Source of the DNA: Candidatus Gastranaerophilales bacterium
GTDB lineage: Bacteria; Cyanobacteriota; Vampirovibrionia; Gastranaerophilales; Gastranaerophilaceae
Length of the DNA stretch: 64,000 nucleotides
Reading direction: 5' to 3'
Assembly: GCA_910587175.1 (NCBI GenBank)
Contig: CAJULH010000001.1
Location: 971-64,970, forward strand
Below the pieces are notes generated by a model, which worked only from the letters and a program-made list of their open reading frames with translations, had not been told where the DNA came from and searched no databases. Made by a program: the position numbers and the translations under genes. Shown here in pieces: positions 8,662 to 17,706 of the stretch; within the stretch, counting starts at the first letter, position 1; every line of letters begins with the position of its first letter.

Positions 8662-9903
8662 TTACTGCTCATTTAAAACACTATCAAGCGTTAAAACTTC
8701 GGAAGAATCGCTCAAATACTTTTCATCAATAGGATTAGAAGGATTAAATCCTAAATCTTTAAACTTTGCAATCTGTCCAAAAAGTCCGCCTTTACCCTTA
8801 AGAGAGGTAAATGTGCTGTCGAATTTTTTTCTAAGAGTATCAAAGCCTGTGGAAAGCTCTTCCAGCTTGCCAATCAGTGTTTGACACTTAGTATAAATCC
8901 CCTCGCCCGTCTTTAAAATTTCTTTTATATTATCATTCCGGTTTTTATTCATCCAGGTGTAATTCACCGTCCGAAGCGTCGCAAGCAAAGTCGAAGGTCC
9001 CACAATCACAATATTTCTTTTGTTTGCCTCTTCTACAAGCTGGTTGTTTGCATAAATAAGCCCCATGCAGGCTTCAAAAGGAATGAACAAAAGCGTAAAA
9101 TCAGGAGCCGAGAGCCCTTCCAGGTTTGAATACTTGTTTTCAAGCTCTCTTATCCTGTCTGAAATATTTTGATAGAATTTTTTGACAAAATCTGCCGCCT
9201 CATCTTCATTTTGGGCATTTGTATACTCCAAAAAATTCACAATGGACGCCTTTGAATCCACAATAATGTTTTTATCACCCTGGGCAAGGTATATCACAGC
9301 ATCCGGAGTGATTTTACTACCGCCCGGTGCATCAAGATTCCTAAACCCGGCTTGCAAAATATAATTTCCCTTAATTGGATCATCTTTTTTGTTTATAAGT
9401 CCTGAAATCTTTAAAAGCCTCTCTAGAATCATCTCCCCGAAAGAGCCCCTGAATTTTGAATTCGTGCTGATTGCATTTGCAAGCTTTTCCGTTTGGGTTG
9501 TTATAAGTTTATTTTGTCCGGAAAGATACTCTATTTGCTCCTTTAGGGTCTGCGTGTTTTTAATCCCCGTAATATTATACTCTTCAATTTTAGTTTGAAA
9601 ATCTTTCAAATTCTCCTTTAACGGCTTTAAAAAACTTTCCAGATTCTTCCTGTTTTCTTCATCCAACATTTTATTTTTTTCAATGAGAGCCTGGTTTGCA
9701 AGGTTTACAAACTCTTTTTTAATAAGGGCTGAATAGTCTTCGGAATTTTGAATTTTTTCTTTGATGGAATTAAATTTTTCCTGAAGTTTTGCATTTTCAA
9801 TTTTAAGGTTTGTGTTTTTGTTTTTTTGTAAAATAAAAGCTGTCAAAAACCCGAGAACAAAGGTTAAAACACCAACTATAGCAATATATATAGCACTCAT
9901 CAA
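8662..9903 (-). CDS. rmuC: DNA recombination protein RmuC
   Basis: 413 aa with an N-terminal TM helix, a long coiled coil, then an RmuC nuclease-like core (PDAVIYL..., IVDSKASI, LLFIPFEA). Confidence 0.9.
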   Translation of the reverse strand: MMSAIYIAIVGVLTFVLGFLTAFILQKNKNTNLKIENAKLQEKFNSIKEKIQNSEDYSALIKKEFVNLANQALIEKNKMLDEENRKNLESFLKPLKENLKDFQTKIEEYNITGIKNTQTLKEQIEYLSGQNKLITTQTEKLANAISTNSKFRGSFGEMILERLLKISGLINKKDDPIKGNYILQAGFRNLDAPGGSKITPDAVIYLAQGDKNIIVDSKASIVNFLEYTNAQNEDEAADFVKKFYQNISDRIRELENKYSNLEGLSAPDFTLLFIPFEACMGLIYANNQLVEEANKRNIVIVGPSTLLATLRTVNYTWMNKNRNDNIKEILKTGEGIYTKCQTLIGKLEELSTGFDTLRKKFDSTFTSLKGKGGLFGQIAKFKDLGFNPSNPIDEKYLSDSSEVLTLDSVLNEQ

Positions 9904-9920
9904 ACTCTCCTTATAAAAAA

Positions 9921-9994
9921 TGTGTCTGACGTGATTCGAACACGCGACCTTCGGCTTCGGAGACCAACGCTCTATCCAGCTGAGCTACAGACAC
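9921..9994 (-). tRNA. tRNA-Arg (anticodon CCG)
   Basis: The reverse complement reads GTGTCTGTAGCTCAGCTGGATAGAGCGTTGGTCTCCGAAGCCGAAGGTCGCGTGTTCGAATCACGTCAGACACA. It has a 7-bp acceptor stem, canonical D and T arms, and anticodon loop CTCCGAA. CCA is not encoded. Confidence 0.9.
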
Positions 9995-10144
9995 AAATTC
10001 AATTTTCAACATTTCATCTGCAACCGGCTGGATAGAGCAAAATCGTATTTCGCCGAAGCTTTACTATCGTAAACCATTCGACAGCCCAGCTTGCGCTACA
10101 GAGAAAGTTGTAAATATTGTAGCACAAAATGACGCTAAATACAT

Positions 10145-11467
10145 TTAGTAAAAATCCTTAAAAATCTGCCCCAGCATATAAATTGACCCGCAAACCACAA
10201 CTAAATCAGCCCCCGCATCACTCATCTCCCCAAAGGGGTCAGCTGACTTTTTTGCAACTTCTTTTATTTCAGGCGGCAAATCCTCATACTTCAAGGCATT
10301 TGGATAATCAAATTCATAAAAACAAAGTTCTCTGCCATTTAATTTGACAGACTTTTGCACTGCACTGCAAGGCACTGTAAAATAATTTTCATCCCCGCCG
10401 AATAAATACCCTAAGACTTTCCGGTAATCTTTATTTTTAAGGCAGCCGAATATAAATTTTATCCTCTTGTTTTTATAATTTTCATCCAGATATTCGGCTA
10501 AAACTCTTGCCCCATCAGGATTATGACAGGCATCAACTAAAATTTTTGTGCCATTGTAATCCGTCTCCTCCAGACGAAAACGCCATCGGACAGATGATAG
10601 CGCCTTTTTTACGGTATTAAAATCTATCGCATCTGCCACAGAAATCCCGCTGCAACCCCTGTTTTTAAGTAAAGACAGCACTCCGCTTTTATTTACAACT
10701 TCAACCGCTTTAAGTGCAAGGGCAAGGTTTTCCCCCTGGTGTCTGCCTTTAAGTGCAAATTCAATATTTTCGCCGTTTATAATTGCACAATTATCCTCAA
10801 TTTCAATAGCTTCAGCCTCATGTATTATCCCGCCGCGTTTTTGCGTTTCACGTGCCAAAGTTTTATAAGCCTTATTTTCCTTTAAAAACACAACAGGACA
10901 GCCTTTTTTCACTATGCCTGTCTTTTCTGCGGCAATTTTTTCAATTGTATCCCCAAGGCGCTCTTTATGCTCAAGACTTATGGATGTTATGATTGAAACC
11001 AAAGGTTTTTCTATAACATTTGTAGAATCAAGCCTTCCGCCAAGCCCTGTCTCTAAAATCACAATATCGCAGGCTTTTTCTTTAAAATATAAAAATCCGG
11101 CAGCAGTTAAAATTTCAAATTCCGTGAGTTCTATTTTAAATTCCTCATCAAGTGCAGAAATTTTTTCCACAATGAAATCAAATTCCAAATCGCTTATCGG
11201 AAGCTTATTTACAGTTATCCTTTCGGTGTATGAAAAAAGATGCGGACTTGTAAATTTACCCGTCTTAAAGCCAGCCTGAACAAAAATTTCTTCCAAAATA
11301 GCACAAGTAGAACCTTTTCCGTTCGAACCCGCAATATGAATAATATTCAAATCCTTTTCAGGGTTTCCTAAAAGTTCCAGAATTTTTTTTATTCGCCCCA
11401 AACCAAGCTCTATATGGAATTTTCCAGATGAGGTTAATATACTTTCAGCCAGCGATTGATTTTTCAA
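10145..11467 (-). CDS. folC: Folylpolyglutamate synthase / dihydrofolate synthase
   Basis: 440 aa. Mur-ligase P-loop HIAGSNGKGST, SPHL, ILETGLGGRLDSTN and DACHNP. Confidence 0.9.
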   Translation of the reverse strand: MKNQSLAESILTSSGKFHIELGLGRIKKILELLGNPEKDLNIIHIAGSNGKGSTCAILEEIFVQAGFKTGKFTSPHLFSYTERITVNKLPISDLEFDFIVEKISALDEEFKIELTEFEILTAAGFLYFKEKACDIVILETGLGGRLDSTNVIEKPLVSIITSISLEHKERLGDTIEKIAAEKTGIVKKGCPVVFLKENKAYKTLARETQKRGGIIHEAEAIEIEDNCAIINGENIEFALKGRHQGENLALALKAVEVVNKSGVLSLLKNRGCSGISVADAIDFNTVKKALSSVRWRFRLEETDYNGTKILVDACHNPDGARVLAEYLDENYKNKRIKFIFGCLKNKDYRKVLGYLFGGDENYFTVPCSAVQKSVKLNGRELCFYEFDYPNALKYEDLPPEIKEVAKKSADPFGEMSDAGADLVVVCGSIYMLGQIFKDFY

Positions 11468-11481
11468 AAACCCTCCTATGC

Positions 11482-12600
11482 TTAAGCCTTATCAACATCG
11501 GCAGCATTCAAAATTAATTCCAGAATTTTGCCGGTCGGATTCTCTGTAACGCATTTTGAAGCATTCAAGGCAATTCCATCAAGCTTTTCTCTGTTGGAAA
11601 TTAAACCGGATATTATTTCTATGAGCGTATCTCCGTTTAGTTCTGAGTCTTCTACGTATAATGAAGCCCCCAGCTTCTCGATTTCGCGCGCATTTACCCT
11701 TTGGTGGTCGGCGGCAGCATACGGGTATGGGACAAGAACAGAAGGCTTCCTTGCAGCAAGAATTTCGGAAATACTCAAAGACCCCGCCCTTGATACAACA
11801 ATATCGGCAGCCAGAACCGGCAAATACATTTTATCAAAATACGGTGCAGCTATGGTATTTTCAGGGATATCCCCGAGAGATTTTTTCACATCATCAAAAT
11901 TTTTCTTTCCGGTCTGAAAAATAATTCTTACATTTTCATCATACTTAAAATGTTTTATAAAGCCAATTGCCGCTTCATTTATGGTCTTTGCACCCTGTGA
12001 ACCGCCCATAATTAATACACAAAATTTATCCAAAGGAATGCCAAGTTCTGCCCTCGCTTCATCCCTTGAAACTGTGAAAAACTCATTCCTTACAGGGTTT
12101 TTAAAATTTGTAATTTTCTTTGCTTTAATAAACTTATTTGCTTCCAAAAACGCTAAATTCACAACCTCTGCCCCGAAAGAAAACGATCTTGTTACAATCC
12201 CGGGGTGAGCATCGGAATCATGCATAACGTATGGAATTTTTAACATATTTGCGCAAATTACCATAGGTGCACTCACATATCCGCCTGTTGCAAAAACTAC
12301 ATCAGGCTTATGTTTTATGGCATAGCCTAAACATTTAAATATAGATACCAGCAAAAGCACAATCCATTTTAAAAGTTTTAAACCCGGTTTTCTTGGCATA
12401 CCAAAAACAGGAACATTTAAAAACGGAACATTCAAAGCTGTAATAATATCAAATTCAGGGTTCTTGGAATTTCCAATATAGAAAATATTTTTAAAACCGT
12501 TGTTTTTAAGCTCATTTATGATGGAAACGCAAGGGTATATATGCCCGCCGGTGCCCCCGCCTGTCAGAAAAAATGTTTTAGTATGCTGCTTTTTTTGCAT
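11482..12600 (-). CDS. murG: UDP-N-acetylglucosamine--N-acetylmuramyl-(pentapeptide) pyrophosphoryl-undecaprenol GlcNAc transferase
   Basis: 372 aa. Motifs TGGGTGGHIYP, IMGGSQGA and SRAGSLSISEI, in a dcw-cluster context. Confidence 0.95.
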   Translation of the reverse strand: MQKKQHTKTFFLTGGGTGGHIYPCVSIINELKNNGFKNIFYIGNSKNPEFDIITALNVPFLNVPVFGMPRKPGLKLLKWIVLLLVSIFKCLGYAIKHKPDVVFATGGYVSAPMVICANMLKIPYVMHDSDAHPGIVTRSFSFGAEVVNLAFLEANKFIKAKKITNFKNPVRNEFFTVSRDEARAELGIPLDKFCVLIMGGSQGAKTINEAAIGFIKHFKYDENVRIIFQTGKKNFDDVKKSLGDIPENTIAAPYFDKMYLPVLAADIVVSRAGSLSISEILAARKPSVLVPYPYAAADHQRVNAREIEKLGASLYVEDSELNGDTLIEIISGLISNREKLDGIALNASKCVTENPTGKILELILNAADVDKA

Positions 12601-13840
12601 ATGGTCTTATCCTTTGAACTCTTTTTTTAGAAATATTTAAAAGTACCCCAAACATACACAGGGAAACAAAAAGCGAACTTCCGCCGTAACTTATAAAAGG
12701 AAGCGGAATACCTGTTGCAGGAATAAATGAGCTTGCAACTGCCATATTCATAAATGCCTGGAACCCAACAGAAAACGCAATACCTATGGCAAGAAGTTTT
12801 CCAAACATATCCGGACTGCGGGAAGCTATGACAAAGCTTCTGTGTAAAAACATAGCAAAGAGCATAATTATGAAAAAACACCCCAAAAAGCCGAATTCTT
12901 CAGCAATCACGGCAAAAATAAAATCCGTATGCCCCTCCGGAAGCCAGGATAATTTTTGTTTTGAATTCCCAAAACCCACCCCAAAAAATCCGCCTTCAAC
13001 AAAGGCCACAAGAGATTGAATAATGTTATATCCCGCATTAAGAGGATCTTTATTCGGATCAAGCCACACCATAAATCTTTGTTTTTGATAATCCCTTATT
13101 GTAAAAACAACCACTGCTGCAGCACTCAAACCCGATACAAGAAGCTTTTTAAAGGAACCGCCCGCCATATAATACAGGGCAGCAAATGTAAAACACAATA
13201 AAATTATCATAGAAAGGTTTGGCTGCTTGTAAATAAGCAAAAGGCTTGCCCCGAAAATAATATAAGCAGGAATTTTCTTATCATCAAGCAGAGTAGCGTT
13301 TTCACTAAAAAGAGATGCAAACATAAGTATTATGGCAGGCTTTGCAAGCTCTGAAGGCTGAAACTGTATGGGACCCATAACAAGCCACCTTTTTGCCTCG
13401 TTTACAGTATGACCAAGCGGGGTAAACTGTACAAGCGCAAGCAATACAAGTACAACAATCGGCAGCTGATATGTATAGGCACGAAGTTTTCTGTAATCAT
13501 AGTTTGCAAAAAACATAGCTCCAAAAATGCCGCCAACAAGCCATGCAAGCTGTCTTACCGTAAAGAATACAGGATTAACACCCTCTGCTATTGCCCTTGG
13601 CGAACCTGCAGAAAATATTGCCATAAGCCCGATTACAATAAGGGCGCCTATTATCCAGATAAGTGTTTTATCCGGAGGAGAAATTATGTAATTTTTGGGA
13701 GTGTAGCCGCCGCCGGAATTCCCGCCGCCGTATCTTTCACGATGCGTATCTCTGTCAAAACTTCTTCTGTTCTGGTTTTGAAGAAATCTGCTATCGCCGT
13801 ACCCCTGATTTCTTTGATAGTACATAATCTCTGAAAGCAT
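12578..13840 (-). CDS. ftsW: SEDS-family peptidoglycan polymerase FtsW/RodA with a low-complexity N-terminal extension
   Basis: 420 aa. About 10 TM helices, SEDS motifs (QPSELAK, PEGHTDFIFA, GIPLPFISYGGSS), located between murD and murG. Confidence 0.85.
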   Translation of the reverse strand: MLSEIMYYQRNQGYGDSRFLQNQNRRSFDRDTHRERYGGGNSGGGYTPKNYIISPPDKTLIWIIGALIVIGLMAIFSAGSPRAIAEGVNPVFFTVRQLAWLVGGIFGAMFFANYDYRKLRAYTYQLPIVVLVLLALVQFTPLGHTVNEAKRWLVMGPIQFQPSELAKPAIILMFASLFSENATLLDDKKIPAYIIFGASLLLIYKQPNLSMIILLCFTFAALYYMAGGSFKKLLVSGLSAAAVVVFTIRDYQKQRFMVWLDPNKDPLNAGYNIIQSLVAFVEGGFFGVGFGNSKQKLSWLPEGHTDFIFAVIAEEFGFLGCFFIIMLFAMFLHRSFVIASRSPDMFGKLLAIGIAFSVGFQAFMNMAVASSFIPATGIPLPFISYGGSSLFVSLCMFGVLLNISKKRVQRIRPYAKKAAY

Positions 13841-15242
13841 CCCCTCTTACTTCGTAATTTTTAAACATATCAAAACTTGCACAGGCTGGTGAAAACAAAA
13901 CAACATCCGGTTTTTCGGATTCCGCTTCATCTATTGCACCTTCAAGTGTTTTTGAAAAAGCAATATTGTTAAAACCTGCATCATCCAAAGCCTCTTTAAA
14001 TCTTTGTGCTGCCTCCCCTATAAGAACCACCTTTTCTATGTGTTTTTTTATAAGAGCGCAAAATTCATCAAGAGGCGTATTTTTATCCCTGCCGCCTGCA
14101 ATTAAAACAACTCTTTTTCCGTTAAATGCGCCTATTGCGACGTTTGATGCCTCAGGGTTTGTTGCTTTGGAATCATTATAATATGAAACCCCGTTAAGTT
14201 CCAAAATAAACTCACACCTGTGTCTTGGCGCCTTAAAAGACATTATACCGGCTTTTATAATATCGTTATCCAAACCCGCAGCTTTTGCCGCAATTACGGC
14301 ACACATCACATTTTGCAGATTATGCGCCCCCACTATCGGAACATCTTTTACATCAATCACAGGGGTGGCACCATAGTAAATTTTTCCATCCTTAATATAG
14401 CTGTCATTCAACCCAGGCTTGAATTCCGGTTTTTTAGCACCCAACATCGCATCATTCAGCGCAAAATAATGCTTGTCTGCGGCTGTTTCTATCCTGCAAA
14501 CGCGCTCGTCATCAAAATTTAAGACACCATGGGCGCTTTTACCCATATTTTTATACATTTTTGCCTTATCTTCAAAATATTTTTGAATCCCGCCGTGCCA
14601 GGAAAGATGATCAGGGGTCAAATTGCAAAATATTGCAACATCGGGAGCAAAATCTTTTGCATAATGGAGTTGATATGAACTTGCTTCAATAACAAGAAAA
14701 TCAGGTTCAATATCAGACATTGCCTTAATTTCCGACATAACATCCAAAGAAATCCCGCTATTTGCGGCAGTACATAGATAATCCAGAGGAGAAACCCCGA
14801 CATTTCCCGCTGCAGGCGCAAGGTATTTTTGGCTTAAAATGTGTGAAACAAGCATTGTAGTTGTAGTTTTACCATTTGTACCCGTAATTGCAACAATTTT
14901 TGTCTTTTCCGGCTTAATGCGCCATGCAAGCTCAATATCAGAAAAATAAGGTATTTTAAATTCATCCAAAAGCTTTAACACTTCAGCATTCGGAGGAATC
15001 GACGGACTCAATACGCAAAATTCCGCATTCTTTATAAAATCTGTTGAATGACCGCCAAATTCAAGCTTTGCTCCGGCTTTTTTTAAAACTTCAGCTTTTG
15101 GTTTATTCTCATCAGAAAGTGCATTTGAATCACTCAGATAGCAATCAGCACCGGCTCTTAAAAGAAATTTTGCCGCAGCAAACCCGGTTGTCGAAAGCCC
15201 GAGCACCAATATTTTTTTACCTTTTAAATCTGAAATTTTCAT
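13791..15242 (-). CDS. murD: UDP-N-acetylmuramoylalanine--D-glutamate ligase
   Basis: GKKILVLGLSTTG Rossmann, GTNGKTTT P-loop and NDSKATN. I prefer the ATG at 15242 (MKISDLKGKK, preceded by gggcggg) over the ORF-track start at 15263, which has no SD-like sequence. Confidence 0.93.
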   Translation of the reverse strand: MKISDLKGKKILVLGLSTTGFAAAKFLLRAGADCYLSDSNALSDENKPKAEVLKKAGAKLEFGGHSTDFIKNAEFCVLSPSIPPNAEVLKLLDEFKIPYFSDIELAWRIKPEKTKIVAITGTNGKTTTTMLVSHILSQKYLAPAAGNVGVSPLDYLCTAANSGISLDVMSEIKAMSDIEPDFLVIEASSYQLHYAKDFAPDVAIFCNLTPDHLSWHGGIQKYFEDKAKMYKNMGKSAHGVLNFDDERVCRIETAADKHYFALNDAMLGAKKPEFKPGLNDSYIKDGKIYYGATPVIDVKDVPIVGAHNLQNVMCAVIAAKAAGLDNDIIKAGIMSFKAPRHRCEFILELNGVSYYNDSKATNPEASNVAIGAFNGKRVVLIAGGRDKNTPLDEFCALIKKHIEKVVLIGEAAQRFKEALDDAGFNNIAFSKTLEGAIDEAESEKPDVVLFSPACASFDMFKNYEVRGDAFRDYVLSKKSGVRR

Positions 15243-15275
15243 CTTCCCGCCCAAATTTAGCATAATTTTAACAAA

Positions 15276-16259
15276 TTAAAACTTTGACATCAACAAAATT
15301 TTTCCAGCCAAAAATCCCCATACTGCAATGATGCCGCCAATTGCAGACACCATAGAGAATACAAAAACGATCTTTTTTTCATCCCACCCTGAAAGCTCAA
15401 AGTGGTGGTGAATCGGGCTCATCTTAAAAATTCTTTTGCCGGTGGTCTTAAAGCTTGCCACCTGCAGCATAACAGAAAGAGTTTCAGCAATAAACACAAT
15501 GCCAATCGGAATAAGCCAAAGTTCAAATTTGCCCATTATTGCAATTGTTGCAAGAAGCCCGCCCAAAGCCAAACTCCCGGTATCTCCCATAAATATTCTT
15601 GCAGGGTTTTTATTAAAATAGAAAAACCCTAAACAGGCAGCAGAAGCTGCTATAGAAATTATTGCAAGGTCTGTACAGGCGTTAAAATAAGATATCAGAG
15701 CGCATGCCAAAAATGCAAAGAATGAACATCCTGCAGCAAGCCCGTCCAGCCCGTCTGTCAGATTTAGCGCATTTGAAGAACCCACAATCATAAACACGGC
15801 AAAAAATGGGTATAGATACATTAAATCAACACTGAAATTGAAGAGCGAAATCTCTGTATGTCCCTGATAGACAAGATATACAGCAGGAAGCATAGAAACT
15901 GCAATCTGCAAAGCAAGCTTGGCTCTGGGGCTCAAACCCTCATTTTGACAACCTTTTATCTTTTTAATATCATCTTCAAAACCCGTAAACGTATAGAATA
16001 CGAGAGTCATAAGCACAATGAGCGCGCGGGTGGATATCGCCTGCGCCATAAAAAGAGCTATCAAAGAACCGACTAAAAGTGCCGCTACAAGAAAAACTCC
16101 GCCTGTTGTAGGAGTTTTATTTTTCTTGGCATGAAGCATTTGTACTTCTTCTCTTATGTACTGCCCATACATTTTCTTTTTCATAAAATCAAGATACGGA
16201 ACGCCGAAAAGCAGGCATAAAACAAGAGTTATAAGCGCTGCAACACTCATCATAATCAT
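15276..16259 (-). CDS. mraY: Phospho-N-acetylmuramoyl-pentapeptide transferase
   Basis: 327 aa. Motifs PTTGGV, NLTDGLDGLA, MGDTGSLALGG and PIHHHFE. Confidence 0.95.
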   Translation of the reverse strand: MIMMSVAALITLVLCLLFGVPYLDFMKKKMYGQYIREEVQMLHAKKNKTPTTGGVFLVAALLVGSLIALFMAQAISTRALIVLMTLVFYTFTGFEDDIKKIKGCQNEGLSPRAKLALQIAVSMLPAVYLVYQGHTEISLFNFSVDLMYLYPFFAVFMIVGSSNALNLTDGLDGLAAGCSFFAFLACALISYFNACTDLAIISIAASAACLGFFYFNKNPARIFMGDTGSLALGGLLATIAIMGKFELWLIPIGIVFIAETLSVMLQVASFKTTGKRIFKMSPIHHHFELSGWDEKKIVFVFSMVSAIGGIIAVWGFLAGKILLMSKF

Positions 16260-17575
16260 ATATTCTTCACCATCTCAATTATTTCTTCAAACTTCATCAT
16301 TCTGGATGCTTTCAAAAGCACCGTAGTGCCCTTTTCCAGGTTATTCTTTATATATTCTGCGCATTCTTTTTTTGAATTAAAATGTTCTGATTTTAAAGAA
16401 CATGCTCTTGATATAAATTTTGCCAATTCTCCCACTGTAAGCAAGGTTACACCGTTGTATGAAGATAAAAATTCGCCGATTTTTTTATGGTATGCAATCT
16501 CATCCTTTCCAAGTTCGCCCATATCCCCCAAAACGAGTGCCAAAGGAGGTTTGTAAACAGACAAAAAAGTTTTTAAAACTGCTACCATAGATTCAGGGTT
16601 CGCGTTATAACTGTCATTTATAAAAGTTAAACCATTAATTTCACTAATCTCCCAGCGTTTTTCAATTGGTCTGTATTCCAAAAATCCTTTTTTAATATTA
16701 TCAACACTTACTCCAGCCCATTTTGCAGCTTCTATTACCAGCATGGCATTTTCAATGTTATGTTCGCCTTCAAGCGTGAGTTCATACGTGTTTCCGGCAT
16801 ATTCAAAAACGGTCTTGCCAATTTCAATATTAACATTTCTGCAGTCTGAAAGTTTAACAAGCACCTGCTTTCCTGCGTATTTCAAGTTTTCCCTTAAAAT
16901 CTCAGAATCACGACCTATAAAAAGTCCTTCAGGGTTTAAATTTGCAGCAATTTCACATTTTGCAAGCGCAATATTCTTAAGATTTCCAAGCTTTTCCACA
17001 TGTGCAGAGCCGATATTTGTAATTATACCTGCATCAGGAAGCGAATAGCTTGTTAAAAGCTGGATCTCACCAAGATTTCGCATCCCCATCTCAACCACAA
17101 GAATTTCTGTATCCAAAGGCATGGAAAACATAGTCTCACATAGCCCGATTTCATTGTTATGATTGAGTTTTGACTTGTGAGTTTTAAAAGTCGTGGAAAG
17201 CACTGATGCAAGCATCTCTTTTGTCGTGGTTTTGCCTGAACTGCCAGTGATTGCAATCACTTTCGGGTTGATTTTTTCTCTTATATATTTTGCCAGCTGA
17301 AGATAAGATACAAGCGTATTTTGAACATATAATACAAAATCCGCATCTTTATTTACCTTGTATTTTTCCTGGGTAAAATAGCCCGCAGCACCATTTTCAA
17401 GAGCTTTATCTATAAAATTATGCCCGTCATAATTTTCGCCCCTCAAAGGCAGATATATATTGCCCTTTTCAAGCTTTCTTGTATCGGTTGAAATTTCAAA
17501 AACCCCGTCAGTCTTAGTTTTATGGAGGATTTTTGCTCCGGTTACTTTAACAATTTCATCTATATTAAATTTCAA
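16256..17575 (-). CDS. murF: UDP-N-acetylmuramoyl-tripeptide--D-alanyl-D-alanine ligase
   Basis: 439 aa. Motifs ITGSSGKTTTKE, VVEMGMR and NDSYNANPESM. It overlaps the mraY start by 4 nt. Confidence 0.9.
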   Translation of the reverse strand: MKFNIDEIVKVTGAKILHKTKTDGVFEISTDTRKLEKGNIYLPLRGENYDGHNFIDKALENGAAGYFTQEKYKVNKDADFVLYVQNTLVSYLQLAKYIREKINPKVIAITGSSGKTTTKEMLASVLSTTFKTHKSKLNHNNEIGLCETMFSMPLDTEILVVEMGMRNLGEIQLLTSYSLPDAGIITNIGSAHVEKLGNLKNIALAKCEIAANLNPEGLFIGRDSEILRENLKYAGKQVLVKLSDCRNVNIEIGKTVFEYAGNTYELTLEGEHNIENAMLVIEAAKWAGVSVDNIKKGFLEYRPIEKRWEISEINGLTFINDSYNANPESMVAVLKTFLSVYKPPLALVLGDMGELGKDEIAYHKKIGEFLSSYNGVTLLTVGELAKFISRACSLKSEHFNSKKECAEYIKNNLEKGTTVLLKASRMMKFEEIIEMVKNI

Positions 17576-17706
17576 AATATTTAACTCCTAAACTGCTTTA
17601 AATAAGCTAATTCCCCAAAAGCCCGGGCTTTTTCTTAAAATCCGGTCGTCCGGATTGCCATCTAAAGCTTCTCACATATTGTAAACTAAACAGAATTTGA
17701 TGTAAA

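Noticed and set aside
10020-10112. A second functional tRNA next to tRNA-Arg
   Set aside because: The fragments lack a complementary acceptor stem, T arm and coherent anticodon arm, so only partial similarity to tRNA-Arg remains.
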